Both the position numbers and the translations under genes were made by a program. A stretch of DNA of 62,666 bases, counting the filler, from Rhabdomonas costata (taxonomy: Eukaryota), in NCBI GenBank assembly GCA_019059605.1. It is 39 parts of 39 records of this genome, joined end to end, with 100 filler letters (N's around TTAATTAATTAA, not from the genome) between each part and the next. Parts side by side here need not be neighbours in the genome. Positions count along the whole stretch, not along the records: positions 48,290 to 49,798 come from JAHMHO010014205.1; positions 49,899 to 51,407 come from JAHMHO010014206.1; positions 51,508 to 53,016 come from JAHMHO010014207.1; positions 53,117 to 54,625 come from JAHMHO010014208.1; positions 54,726 to 56,233 come from JAHMHO010014209.1; positions 56,334 to 57,842 come from JAHMHO010014210.1; positions 57,943 to 59,450 come from JAHMHO010014211.1; positions 59,551 to 61,058 come from JAHMHO010014212.1; 31 more parts are not named here. One strand, given 5' to 3'. The stretch's first letter is position 1, and each line of letters begins with the position of its first letter. This document shows positions 49,333 through 61,986 of this stretch, in pieces. Below the pieces are notes generated by a model that worked only from the letters and a program-made list of their open reading frames with translations, had not been told where the DNA came from and did not search any database.

Positions 49333-49898
49333 CTGCAGCGTGTAAATGTGCGGTTGTTCACGTGCTTCCAATTTCCCAATGCACACACATCTCAGCAAAG
49401 GGGAAAGAGGCCAAGTAATCACGAAAACCTCATACCTTCGAACCAAAGTAGGCACAGAGAGCCCCTTGGATCGAGGGGCAGGGGTCCCTCAAGTGGGCCC
49501 TATCTAGCCCATGTGCCACAACCCCACAGCAGTACCATTGTATATAGGGTCATGGGGCCTTAAGGGGTTCCAGGTATACAGGCACCCCAGTCTTCTATAA
49601 TCCAACTGGCCTATAGTCCCAACTAAGGAGCCCACACGCCACACAGGGGTTTTTTGAAGTGGCTCTATATACGCACCCGCCCATTGTACAGCCCACGCTT
49701 ACAACTTCCCGCAATGGGATGAAGACAGTTTACTGTGAAAGTGATGGGCACGTTGGCTTGCTTTGCTTTGCTTTGCTTCTGCTTGCTTCCCACAAAAANN
49801 NNNNNNNNNNNNNNNNNNNNNNNNNNNNNNNNNNNNNNNNNNTTAATTAATTAANNNNNNNNNNNNNNNNNNNNNNNNNNNNNNNNNNNNNNNNNNNN

Positions 49899-50617
49899 TT
49901 GTGGGTGGCCAGTCTTTGCAGCGCACCCAAGCCACTGCCATCGCAGCAATTGTCCTTCATGTTCAGTTCGAGCCGAACGAGTCCTGCAGCCGCCCCACAG
50001 CTCTCCAGAAGCTTCGCGAGACCCCGATCCGTGAACAGATTGTGCTGAAGGCTCAGCCGGAGGCTGGTGAGAGTGGGGATTTCCACAAAGCGGGCCAGGT
50101 CCGCAACACTCGCGTCACGCAGGCCGGAGTGCCGAAAAGTGAGCGAGAGGGTTGCCAGGTTGGCCCTGCACAGCGCGGTCAGCGGAGCCACAGATCCCAT
50201 CAAAGTGATGGAGAGTCTGAGGCGATTCAGGGCTGAAAAACCGCCAACCTCGGTGAAAAAATTGGTCACTCGTTTGGGAAAAGAGGTCGCGGACGAATCG
50301 TCGCACACCTTCAAGTGGACCTCACTGATTGGGTAATTGTGGAGCTCTTTTGCGAAGCGCGCAAGGCTCGGGGTGAAGAATCGCATGCCCAGCACTCCCG
50401 AGGATACGATCCTTGCGTGGCAAACCTGCTGGCGGCCAAACAGACGCCGGATATAGGATAGGGAAGGAAGCTCCTCATCCTCATCCAGAGCAAGGCAGAT
50501 GTGTGAGAGGTGGGCAACCCGAGCCCAGGTCAGGCAGGTTAGACAGAATTCGTGGGTCCGCACAAACCCGAACATTAGCCGCAAGCAGTCCACAGGGAGC
50601 CAGTGGCAGAGCCTCAC
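49899..50617 (-). CDS. F-box-like plus RNI-type LRR protein, 3' truncated
   Basis: LPVDCLRLMFGFV...LTCLTWARV (F-box-like) followed by LTSLRLSLQHNLFTDRGLAKL-type repeats. Confidence 0.72.
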
Positions 50618-53274
50618 GTTGTAAGGCCGTAATAAAATGGTTGAGGATCAAAAGTCATCTGTGTGACCGACCACATACGCAAACCACCGTTCAACAGTCA
50701 CCCCCACAAGTTCATGCAGGCCTCCGTATGGAGCGCCTCTCTGGATGCACAGCCCGTTCCTGTAACCTCGAAAATTTGTCGACATGGTCTCGAATTGTTT
50801 GAGTAATCTTGTGGCCCTCTGGATTAGCATGGCCACAAGGCTACTTTTATTACCGAAAAGCGCATCTAGCCAGTTAATGCACTGCGTCCTGCGCAAGTGC
50901 CAAGTGCCGAGAGAAAGAGATGTACACGGACCAACACACAAGGATCTTCAAAACATGAAAACCTACTAATTGAGAGTTGTTGGGAAGCAGGTCCTGCTGT
51001 GAACACTCACCATGCAAAAAGTCTTCTGATGAAAGTCTTCGCAACCCCACAAACTCCAAAGCATGGCAAACCTGAAGGGGTTGACCGTCTGCTTCTCTTG
51101 CTCGTTTCCTTGACACCACCCATAACTTTAGCAGTACCCAACCCCCCCACCTGCACAGGCCCATCTCCCCCAGTGGATAAAGATTCTGTTCTCGATCCTC
51201 TCACCAGAGCATCCCCCATAAGAATTAGCTCAGAATTAGCAGATGTCAAGGGTCCTTCTACCTCCCACCCCGCAGCAGCGTCTTCAACCCCATGCACAGG
51301 TGACCCCAAGGTTGCCGCGTCCCACCGGCCCACAGCACTCTCAAAGCCCCCCTGCTGCCTGGACCATGCAGGCGACAGCGGCTCCAGTTTCACGCCACTG
51401 CTGGACANNNNNNNNNNNNNNNNNNNNNNNNNNNNNNNNNNNNNNNNNNNNTTAATTAATTAANNNNNNNNNNNNNNNNNNNNNNNNNNNNNNNNNNNNN
51501 NNNNNNNTAAAGGCACTTCACTTCCGAAAAATGTTCATTATGCACCAGTGACACACAGATCTTGAGATACACAATGCTATTAGCTACAGTATATACCTCA
51601 TAATTGCAACTTTCAACTCACACTGATGCTCCGAGTTCTGAAGCATTTGCATCAAGCGGGTATTGTTATAAAAACATCGTGGCCACAGAGCATCCACGGC
51701 TGGGAGAAGTTGTGCTCAAGCCACTAGCGCATATAGGCCCAGTTTTGGCTCCTGGAGTTAAGTCAATAAAACTCCGAAGCCCTAGGAGTTGGATGCGTGT
51801 AATCATATCCCTCAGTACATGTCACAGTGCCTCATGGGTGCGCATGAACTTCCTTACTTGTGCATTGGTGGAAAATTATTACGCCACATGAAACCTAGCG
51901 TACCATTGGAAGACGTGAGTGTAAACGGTGCAGGTTGCTTGCCGGCCCTCTTGAGGGAAATTGCCAGGATGGGCCACGTTTCCACACCTCGTAGTCCGGA
52001 GCTGCCAGGAAGACGAAGTGAAAAGCAGCGAAAACATTCTGTTCAACAATGAGGTTGCGCCACGAAAGATGGAAAGCTTTGCTTTGCTTTGCTTTTGTGT
52101 CCCCTGCATCACTTACCACTGTGGTGAGAACAATCCCTGCTTACCCCTTCTTACCACTATTTGCTTTGCGGCATTGTATTGTTTCACTTTTCTTCGCTTT
52201 GCCTTGGACAGTGAGCCTTGGGTGTGGCCCCTTGTGGCACATGTTTGCAGTTCCGTGCACGCTGTATCTTGGCGATGGCCATTGCATTCTACCGCATTTT
52301 CGAACTGAGGTCCAGTATGTTTGATTTCTATCGCGTATTTAGAAACAGACTCGTATTAGTCCCTTTTGAACCCCTTTGTTGAAGCTAATGTTTTTGACAT
52401 TGCATTTAGGGTGCAGTCGACCACAGCTGCCCTTGATCCCTTGAGGGTAAAGCACAGTTCTGCGTTCGCGTGCAAAAAGAATCGTATTTTTAATGCCATA
52501 ATTTGAACACATATTTGAACACACATTTGAACCAAACCGGTCCTGCGAGCAATTATGCAGCAGCACTGCAGAGGTGTCGCTCAGCTTCTCACTTTGCACC
52601 GTGTTGTGAGCAGCCTCTTTTCCGCTCGCTCGCTCGCTCTCTCAATGATCGGGGTCGATATGGCTCTGAGCAAGCCCGCCGCCACGCTTGGCTTCCAGTA
52701 CTGCCTCGTGGAGAAGCCCAAGCAGCAGGGCAGGCAGGCGAAGCTTCTGGCTCGCACCCAGCGGGTAGTGGTACGTCTCGGCCTGCCCGCGCGCCGCGGC
52801 GCACACAATGAGCGAGCGAGAGTGATTCTGGGAGTGCGCAGTCCTTGCTGAGAAAAGGGTGGCAACAGTTGACGCTTAGCAGGGCGCGGGCGCAGGGCAA
52901 TACGTTTTGTAAGATGTTGCGTATTGTATGCAAGCGCGAAGTGTGCACGACGCCATAATAAATTCTCCCATTCACGGTAAAGGCTGCCCATCCAGGTCGT
53001 GTGACCCCCACCCCCCNNNNNNNNNNNNNNNNNNNNNNNNNNNNNNNNNNNNNNNNNNNNTTAATTAATTAANNNNNNNNNNNNNNNNNNNNNNNNNNNN
53101 NNNNNNNNNNNNNNNNGGTGGTGTGTTTTAGAGAGCTCTGTGAAGAAATTCCAGTGGCGGGCAAACCTCCCAGATGACTCTGACCCTTTCTTTTGCTTGT
53201 TGGAGTGCATCAAAGGACAGCTGTTTCCAGTGAGGTTTCACAGTTCTTCTTCTATCCTGTGTGTCGAATAAGTT

Positions 53275-54615
53275 TACCTATGCCATATAATCTAACCAAT
53301 GTTGTAAATGTTTATTTTCCTACAAGTGGATTATATGGTAATGGTATATTTGTTGATGTTATGGCACCAGTAAATACTTGTACCGTTGAAAGCCAATAAC
53401 CATAGATATAATATCCGAAAACATGAACATATTGATATAAAGTGGCTGTATCACTGGAAAATGCGCTCATATAAATATTTGCATTACTTGTGTAATTTGA
53501 AGATCCAAGCAATACTTAATTTTGATCTGTCATAACTAAACTTGTATCATTGAACGTTGATGATGAATTTGAACCATAGAAATAAAATTTGAAAGGGTAC
53601 ATGTCAGACACAACACAAGTCCAGTGTTTGAAAGGGTTTGTTGTAGTAAATGTTGGACCCGTCACATATATTGTACATTTAGACAAACCAATATGTTGAA
53701 CTTAGTTTTATATTCACTCGAAATCATCCTGTAATTTGGGTTGAATAGTTTGTTGTAATTGTTCCTCCAAGTGTTGCACTTGGAAATGATGGGTTAGATG
53801 TTATTTGTGTAGTAGAAATAGCTGTAGCTGTTACTGTATAATTAGTCATCATAGTACTTGAATTTGTCTTATCCACATATGAAGGAATTTTAACATAACC
53901 ATTTTGAGCAACTCCAGAACCTCCCATACCACCACCAAAAGTTCCGTACATTTGTGTTTGAGTTCCTTCTTCATTTGTATTTAAATTTGGTGGTGTGTAT
54001 TTAACCCATTTTGATAAGAACTGTATTTCAATAATTGGCCATCAGATGTTTGTTGAAATTGAACAATCTAATAATGATGAGATATAGACTGGTACAGTTG
54101 AATTTATCCACTTTGAACTCGTTGAATTATATACAAGTACTTGATTATTTGAAGCGCTTGATATATTAAAATCTGATAAATATGAACCGGATGATGTTAT
54201 ATTAGCCCATTTTGTAGTTGTTGAATTGTATACAAGGGCTTGATTATTTGATAATGTACCTAAAGAAGCATCAGTTAGTGATGATATATGTATGGGAGTA
54301 ACATATAATGAAAGTGTTGACCATCCAGTGCCATTATAAATGTAAGATCCATTATTTGTACTTGTAGAATCATTTGTTACAATGCAAACATCACCTTCAT
54401 CTGCTGTCAATGCGTTTCGTTTTGGGCAATAGTGTTAACAGATGTTACATTCGTAATAGACAGACTAGGAATTTGATATGTATTTAATTTTCCGTTTGAA
54501 TCTAATGATGCTAGACCGTTTGCTTGAGCTTTAGAATTTATAAAAGTATCCAAATCTGGTATATCTGATGTTGTTAATGGTCGATTTCTCCATTTATAAC
54601 CTCCAGTCTCATATT
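53275..54615 (-). pseudogene. AT-rich, frameshifted virus-type fibre/adhesin gene (candidate endogenous viral element)
   Basis: Roughly 30% GC by eye, intronless; KAQANGLASLDSNGKL..QIP, LTADEGDVCIV and repeated LxD..I....NNQxLVYNSTxxKWxN; several frameshifts and stops. Confidence 0.75.
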
Positions 54616-54725
54616 ACCCCAACAANNNNNNNNNNNNNNNNNNNNNNNNNNNNNNNNNNNNNNNNNNNNTTAATTAATTAANNNNNNNNNNNNNNNNNNN
54701 NNNNNNNNNNNNNNNNNNNNNNNNN

Positions 54726-55975
54726 GGTTGGGGTGGGGAGTGTACCGCGGCCCTAGCCTGCGCGGAGTCCGTGGTGGCGGCGTGCAAGTGGGGAAGCAAA
54801 AGCTCCGCCAAGGGCTCAACGGCAGCCTCGCTCAAAGCACTGGCCAAAGCGGAAGGGAGAGCTGCACCCGGTCTGCTGCTGCTGTTTTCGTTGCTGTCGC
54901 GAAGGTAAGCAGAGATTAACCGACTGGCATAGAGAGAAAGGCTCTCCCCCTCACGTTGTTGGGCTCGGGAAGGCTGGTGCTGCTGCTGCCTGAGAGGAAA
55001 AGTGGGTGACAAGTGAGTACACCATTCGAAGTGGTTGTAGAACGGCATCGGCGAATTCTCAGAGAAGGCCGAGGAAAATGGAAGCCTGGACTGATCACCA
55101 CACACAGTGCAGGAAAGGGCATACCATCCAATCCGGCCTCAGTGATCGGAGCTCAACGAAACTAAAGATAAAGCGTGCCCGCTCTCTCTCGCTCTCGCAT
55201 ACATGGCGCAGCGTCCCTGCTGAGCAGCAACTGGTGTAAATGATGCGGCCTCACGTTCCAATTACCATCGCATCCATATACCATATAAAAATAAAACTGG
55301 AAAATGACGCAGGAAAAGAGCAGGCACGGTGCGAACAAACTCGAAAGGACTCAACCCAGGATGGCTCTCGGACTTTGGTGAGCAAGTCGACGCACTCCTC
55401 CACGAGGACACTGCAAGCCCAGTGGCTGCCCTCTCCGGGCCAGAGGCGGCGCCCCTGCTGGCCGCACGCTGAGCACGGGCCGTCATCTGCCCCCCCTGGG
55501 GCTCCTGGGGCTTCGGGGTGCTGCGTCCTCCGCCAATCTGCGAGGAAACCTCCACCGGGGCTGGAGATGGGGATGCAAGGACGCGCCGCTTCGAAGGAGG
55601 CCCGCAGCTGGTATGGTCAGCCTCGGAGTGGGTCCCTTCGTCGTCGTAAAGCTCGGTGGCTCGACCCTCAGACTGCGCCACAAAGAAAGAGAGAGAGAGA
55701 GAGAGAGATGGGCCTTCACATACACACCCAGAACACAGCCAACCAAACCGCAGTGACCAGAGATCAATAAATCATCCATACACGCCCATATTACACAGCG
55801 GTGCAACTGACGTTGGGGGCGGGGGCAGTGGTAACAGTTTTTTGTTTTGCTGTTGAACATAACATTATAAAGTAGGTCAAAGCCCCCCAGGTCACGCTCC
55901 CAGCGCAGCCGTCCGCTCCGGCCCCGACGCCATACATATATACTCGTCCGGTCATATCCCCATAGGTTAGTCCTT
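54726..55975 (-). CDS. Exons of hypothetical protein (possible WD40-like strand, then low-complexity regions)
   Basis: LTYGDMTGRVYMY; SEGRATELYDDEG...PPSKRR; AFSENSPMPFYNHFE; the joins are not fully resolved. Confidence 0.4.
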
Positions 55976-56746
55976 CACCAGATTTGACGTGCAAATCAAG
56001 AATACTCATCAGGGAAACACTGACACATGTCACCTAACCCCCTTACCGTCATATAAACGTAATAAAGTTATTTCGAGGGTGCTACCTAACCTTTTTCTGA
56101 AATAAGAACAAATTCTTGATGTGTTTTCGGTCACCACTGGTAACTGTTACCACTCCTCTCCCCACGTCAATTGAGCATACACAGCGCAAAAAAAAAACTT
56201 CCCCTCCCCCACCCAACCAAACACAGCCAACACNNNNNNNNNNNNNNNNNNNNNNNNNNNNNNNNNNNNNNNNNNNNTTAATTAATTAANNNNNNNNNNN
56301 NNNNNNNNNNNNNNNNNNNNNNNNNNNNNNNNNGTGGTGGGTGTGTTTGGGGGTTTGGGTAGGGTTTCCCATCATCATCTGTTTGCCTTCAACCTGCCTT
56401 CCTACAGTACCCGTGTGCAGGTCCCCTTTGCTCCAATGCTGCTCTGGTCGGTGGCTGGGTCAGGGTGTGTCTCCTTGTGAGCTATTCTGTCGCTTACCTG
56501 TTTTTGCATGAACTAAAGCTGTTATTTTCTTGCTTCTTGTCTAGCTCTTTGGAAACACGTGCATCGCCCTTCCACACCACTCTTCTGATCTATGTGAGCG
56601 CCTTCGGTGTGCGCCCTACTGGTTCCGCCATTTGATGCTAATTTCCAACAGCCCCCAGAACTCAAGCCCACTAATTTCGTCATATGCTCTTGCTAGATCC
56701 CCACGAAGGAAAAAAGATGAACAAACGCATGCACGCACGCACAAAC

Positions 56747-57514
56747 CCATTCCGTCGCTCTCCTCGCTGCCCTCCTCAGAGCTGGTGTCTTCACTGCTGC
56801 TGCCGCTGCCACCATGCCCGTGGCCGTGGAAGGAGCCGTGGCCGTGGCCGTGGAAGGAGCCGTGGCCGTGACCGTGGAAGGAGCCATGGCCGTGACCGTG
56901 GCGCCGAGGGCCCACCTCTACGATCGCGTGACACAAAGTCGTTGATGACATGGACTACAGCATTCGCATGTGACCCCCGCCCGTTTAAACCCAAATTTTG
57001 AAGTTTGAGATTGTCCGTGCGTCCCGTTAACTTCCAATTCTCTGTTCCAGGTGTTTGGTGAGAGACTGTGCTTATGAGCCGACACAGTGGCAGCTGCCTG
57101 AAGGCTGAACAACAGAAAAGGTGCTTCCTCAATGCCTGACCCTGACCGCAACCTCCCGCCTTGCCCTGTTTCAACCCCCGGAGTTAGAAAAATATCTGCC
57201 CTGTCCCAGTCACTCAAACCAAAAAAATGATGCACTTTCCCAAAATCGTGCAACGTGCAATATTCCGCAAGAGTCAGCAAGCAAACCAACACTCTCTGTG
57301 CGGGCGATGTCATCGGCATCCTTCTCCTTGCCCTTGTCATCCTGGCCTTCCTTCGGAGCGTCCTCCGCCTTCTTCTTCTTGCCCCAGCTGCCGCCGTGGC
57401 CGTGGCCGTGGAAAGAGCCATGCCCGTGCCCGTGGAAGGAGCCGTGACCGTGGCCGCGGAAGGAGCCGTGGCCGTGGCCGTGGAACGAACCGTGTCCATG
57501 GCCGTGGAAGGAAC
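56747..57514 (-). CDS. His/Gly-rich (HGHGHGSF)n protein, exons 57514-~57291 and ~56915-56747
   Basis: Five plus four octapeptide repeats with synonymous third-position variation; AG/GT bounded and phase-compatible. Confidence 0.85.
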
Positions 57515-57951
57515 CTAACAGAAGATCCCACTCAGACACCACTAAAACCCTTTCCCCCAAAAGGTCTTCCATTTTCAACAAAGCCAAAAGAGAGCAGTGA
57601 AACCAGGCCAGTGTAAACATGACGAAAAAGAAGCCCCCAAAAAAGCTCCCGCGAAATAGAGTGCAAAGGAAACGGAAATAGTTTGCGAACGGAAATAAAC
57701 GGGCGCGAGCATTTACGACTGTGTCACTGCACACCAGATTTCTCCTTCTTCGTTGCCTCGGGCGTGCTGACTGTGAAGAGAAGGAAGCAGCGCCCACCAG
57801 GCCACATCACCAAAATCACATGTGCCTTAACGACAAACCAACNNNNNNNNNNNNNNNNNNNNNNNNNNNNNNNNNNNNNNNNNNNNTTAATTAATTAANN
57901 NNNNNNNNNNNNNNNNNNNNNNNNNNNNNNNNNNNNNNNNNNCGACCGCAG

Positions 57952-58606
57952 GGGTGCTGCTTGGGCTGTGCGGGGTGGTGTGGGGGTTGAGGCAGGCCGA
58001 GCCCTGCGGGTGGACAGACTGGGCGCTGCACCGGCGGTACCTGGGGGTGCTGTCGCGTCTGAGCGAGGGCTGGGTGCCCGCGGTGACCCCCGGGGTGGCC
58101 CTGTGGGTTGTGATCTGGGTCATTGGGCTGGTAGCGTTCTCTCTGATTTGGGTATGCGTTGCACTTTTGTGTTTTCTGACTGAGACATGTTTTTAATGCA
58201 TGGACTTGAATAGGTGAGGGCTAAGCCGAAACAGGCCTGGGTCTTTTGTATGGCTGAGGCAACGAAATTAATGACAGTGGCACTTTATTCATGCAGGTGC
58301 AGCTGTGTTCTGCCAGCAAGGCAGGTGGTGTGGTAGCGCTCCCTGTTCGTGCAAGTAACGCTTTGAACATTCTGTGGGTTGGGTCTCCGTTTCCTGTGCT
58401 CTCATATGCTCAGAAAAATCCACACCTAAACATACACCACCCCCTCCCCCCTCGCAGGGGGCCGGTGCCGACGACCCTGCGCTGTGGCGGTCTTTCGGCG
58501 CAGCGGCCGTGTTCTGTTTCGCGTGTGTGGTGTTCCCTGTGCTGCGTAACTCCCCTGTGGCTTTCCTCTTGGGGACCTCCTTCGAGCGCACCGTGCCCTA
58601 CCACCG
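57952..58606 (+). CDS. Ferric reductase-like transmembrane domain protein (FRO/FRE), exons 57952-~58130 and 58458-58606
   Basis: FPVLRNSPVAFLLGTSFERTVPYHR matches the PVxRNS..LLGxxFE..xxYHR motif containing the first haem-ligating His. Confidence 0.8.
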
Positions 58607-60878
58607 GTATGTATTCACTCGCTTCACTTCCTCCCTTCCATTCCTTTCATTGCGGTGTGGTTAGCGTTGGCTTCTCTCTGACTTTGACGCAAACGCAGGC
58701 CCGGTCGTCTGTTGTGGATTCTTCTCAGCTGCCAGCAACGGGAGTTTCGTCCCTGCTTCGCTGTGTGAGGTCTCATCTTGAAGTCTTTTCGTGCCATGCA
58801 TCACAACAGAGTTTGGCTTGAGAGGGCGGAGTTGGAGGCGGGCTGTCTTTTGCCTCCATTGGCAGCCTCTCTGGATGTCAGCGTGCCCCCGTCGACACAA
58901 GGGCAACAACAATAGTTCCTTTTCAGCACATGCACAAACAGGAGACTGGTGTCTGCGGTGTGGTGAAGAAAGCGCAGAGTCGAGGCGAGGATGCATGTGC
59001 GGTGAGGTGGTTGATATCATGCTACGAGGGTTTGTGGGTCGAAAACCCGATACACGATAAGAGCCGCGAGAAGTGGGGCGTGAGCTCGGTGCTCCGCACG
59101 GATTTCAAGCTGCAGCGACCTGGAACACCACCACTATCCCCGGGCGTGCGCAAAAAGGAGAGGGTGCGCTGATTCCGAGCGAGCCGCTCACAAATATAAC
59201 GACTCACTGACTCACTGACCAATGACCAAAATCCGCCCATCCTTCTTGAAATTATCGGGTTACCACCCCATCACCCAATTGCACACGTACACAAGCGGTG
59301 GCGTGTCCTTGTTCCTTGTGCTTCACTCCTCATGTCTTCACTCCTGTCTTGGTGTTTTCGGTGCGGTGTCTTGTGTTCGGTTGCAAGTGCGTTCCATGCC
59401 CTTCCACACACACATACACACACCGCGAGCGAGCCAAGGTGGCGTCAAGGNNNNNNNNNNNNNNNNNNNNNNNNNNNNNNNNNNNNNNNNNNNNTTAATT
59501 AATTAANNNNNNNNNNNNNNNNNNNNNNNNNNNNNNNNNNNNNNNNNNNNGAAGGACTTGCAAATGTTCAGAGGGCGGGTTTTCTTTTCACGCGCGGGGT
59601 TTGGGAGAGACCCGGTAGGCACCCTGCTGGATTTAACGATGTCAGTTTAAGTCACATTATTTATAGGTATGTATTGGAAGGGCCTAAATTATTAGCCTCA
59701 TTGGGCAAAGAGGTTCTAGGAAAATCGCTAGACATGCCATTTGTGACCCCCACGAACGCACACACACACAGACACACCAACCCACGTTCTTGAAAACCAT
59801 TTGTAATTGCTGTTGGGGGCGGGGGTTAAATAGCGAGCACACCTGTCTGATGGGCGCGACATTGAGGTCGACACCTGTGAGGGAGCCTGTGAACGGGTAG
59901 CTCTGTGAGAAGCGTGAGAAGCAGACCCCACACACAGACGCACTCGGTCGTGCGCCGTGCAGCTTCACGAAAGAAGCGTACCATTATGCCGTAAATTGGA
60001 TATTTTCCGTCAGTTGCGAGACGCCACCAAAGAAGAAAGTTGAACGCCAAGCTTTGGCTGATGTTCCATGTACCACAAAACTATCAGACCATACAGTGAG
60101 AAGACCCAGAGCTGCGCGCAATCCAGGAAAAAGTGAGATTCATCAAAAAGGAGGAGCTGAGCACTGATTGCCTAAATGCAAATAGGCAAACTGGTGCTTG
60201 GCAAGCGCTTGAGGCAGAGGAAACACGCGTTTCAAAAAAGATTTCTTCGGCGGAAAGGCAGGCCGGCAGCAGCAGTCCACACCGTGGTACGCGTCGCCTG
60301 TGGAAAAAAGACGCAGGCAAAGAGGGCCCGACGGCCATTGAATTCAAGGAAAAGGGAAGGGAAAGGGATAACAAGCAAACCTCAGTGAAACCGGAGCAAG
60401 GAGGTGGAGGAAAGGAAGGAATGAGGTGCATACGTCTGGTGGCGGGATCTGCATCATTCGCATCCGAAGATACTCAAGGTCTTTGTCCTTTTGGGCACAT
60501 TCGGACTTCAGCTGGTTGAGGCTGCAAAAAGAAAAAACACAGCGTCACACATGGCCAGCGTCAAGGGTCCTCCACACGGAACAGCCCCAGAATAGAAAAT
60601 TGAGGCAAGCAGGAAAAAGGGAGGGAAGTTGTAGTTGCGCAGTGCAGACATCGCATCGGCAATCGAAGGGAGGCTGGTGGAGACGGCGGCAATACAGCCA
60701 CGGCATCTCACCCACAGAACTGATTAGTCCCCTAAATTACGGGGATCAGGTCTGCAGGTCCACGAGGCACTGATGACGACGTTCAGAGGTTCAGGGCACT
60801 GTATATTATCGAGGGACTCAGGGGAGGCGGGACGCACCTCTCTTCCAGCAAAGCGGCGCGGGCGTTGGCTGCGGTCAG

Positions 60879-61027
60879 GTCCCCGTCACCGTGAGCCTGA
60901 CGCGCCAGTTCGTCGCACCGGTGAGAGAGCACGTCGACCTGATGCTGAGCCGCATGAAGCTCCTCAAGCTCCAGCTCTCTCTGTGCCCCCCCCCCGTGGG
61001 CAGCGCGTGGGACTGGGATGGCGCTAT
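60879..61027 (+). CDS. Exon of hypothetical protein
   Basis: CAG|VPVTVSLTRQFVAPVREHVDLMLSRMKLLKLQL...WDWDG with exon-like codon bias. Confidence 0.45.
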
Positions 61028-61858
61028 GTGCGGTGCGGTGCAGTGCAAGGAGGTACGGNNNNNNNNNNNNNNNNNNNNNNNNNNNNNNNNNNNNNNNNNN
61101 NNTTAATTAATTAANNNNNNNNNNNNNNNNNNNNNNNNNNNNNNNNNNNNNNNNNNNNCGTTTGCTGATGAGGGTACGGAGCTTTCGCTGTTTGACCAAC
61201 TCTTTGTTTGGCTTCGGGGGTGAGGTGAGGGTGGGGGTTTCCTTGTAAATTGGAGATCAACTGAAGACTTGCTGCAACAAGCAACAAGCAAGGCGCAAAA
61301 GGGATACGAAAGAGCCAGCAAAAGGCGCCACTGCCAAGGACTGGCCACGCAGCGCTTCGGGAGGCCTGCTGTGGCTTCGCACTGGTCAGTGTTTTTTTCA
61401 CTCCCTCGAAGTTTCTTTGAGGTTTGGAGATCGGACCGAAGGGGAGGCCACGTGTTGGGGAAGGAGGTTAGTTCTTTCTTTGATGGAGATTGCATACGTT
61501 TTCTCAACCAGCGTAAAAAAAAAGCTCATTTTCATTTTCCGTCGGTAAAAAGAGGGGCGCGAACCGCAGAACCGCAGGGTACCTGCAATTTGTTGCGGTA
61601 TGAATGAGTTTTGAATAGAAAACACATGGAAAGGGGAAGCACAGAAAACGAACCAAATGAACCAATAACCAGTTGTGGGTGTATTTTTGCCCCCGCGATC
61701 TTCGGGGATGTGTGCACTTTGCAATAATTCCGACATAATGGTTCGAAGGAACCACGTGAAACGAAACGCATACGAGTATATGCCGGTATTATGCTGGTAT
61801 TCCCAAGGAACAGCGAACCGAAAGTTTGGTAACAGGATTTCTGCCGTGCTGTTTTCAG

Positions 61859-61986
61859 TCTTCGCTCGTGCGCCATGGTTGCTGCCGAATGGGAAGTCCG
61901 CCAAGGACTTGTATCTGTGGTTCATGTCGTACAAGTTATCTGTACCCGTGTGCGGGGTGATTGTGTTCAACGAGGACATGACCAAG
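61859..61986 (+). CDS. DCP2: mRNA decapping enzyme Dcp2 exon (end of BoxA region, start of Nudix domain)
   Basis: TTTTCAG|FARAPWLL...FMSYKLSVPVCGVIVFNEDMTK matches Dcp2 F..YK..VPVxGAI.LNE...K. Confidence 0.78.

Noticed and set aside
1512-61158. Regularly spaced TTAATTAATTAA as a CRISPR-like or periodic repeat, and ORFs ending XXXLIN
   Set aside because: Assembly linker
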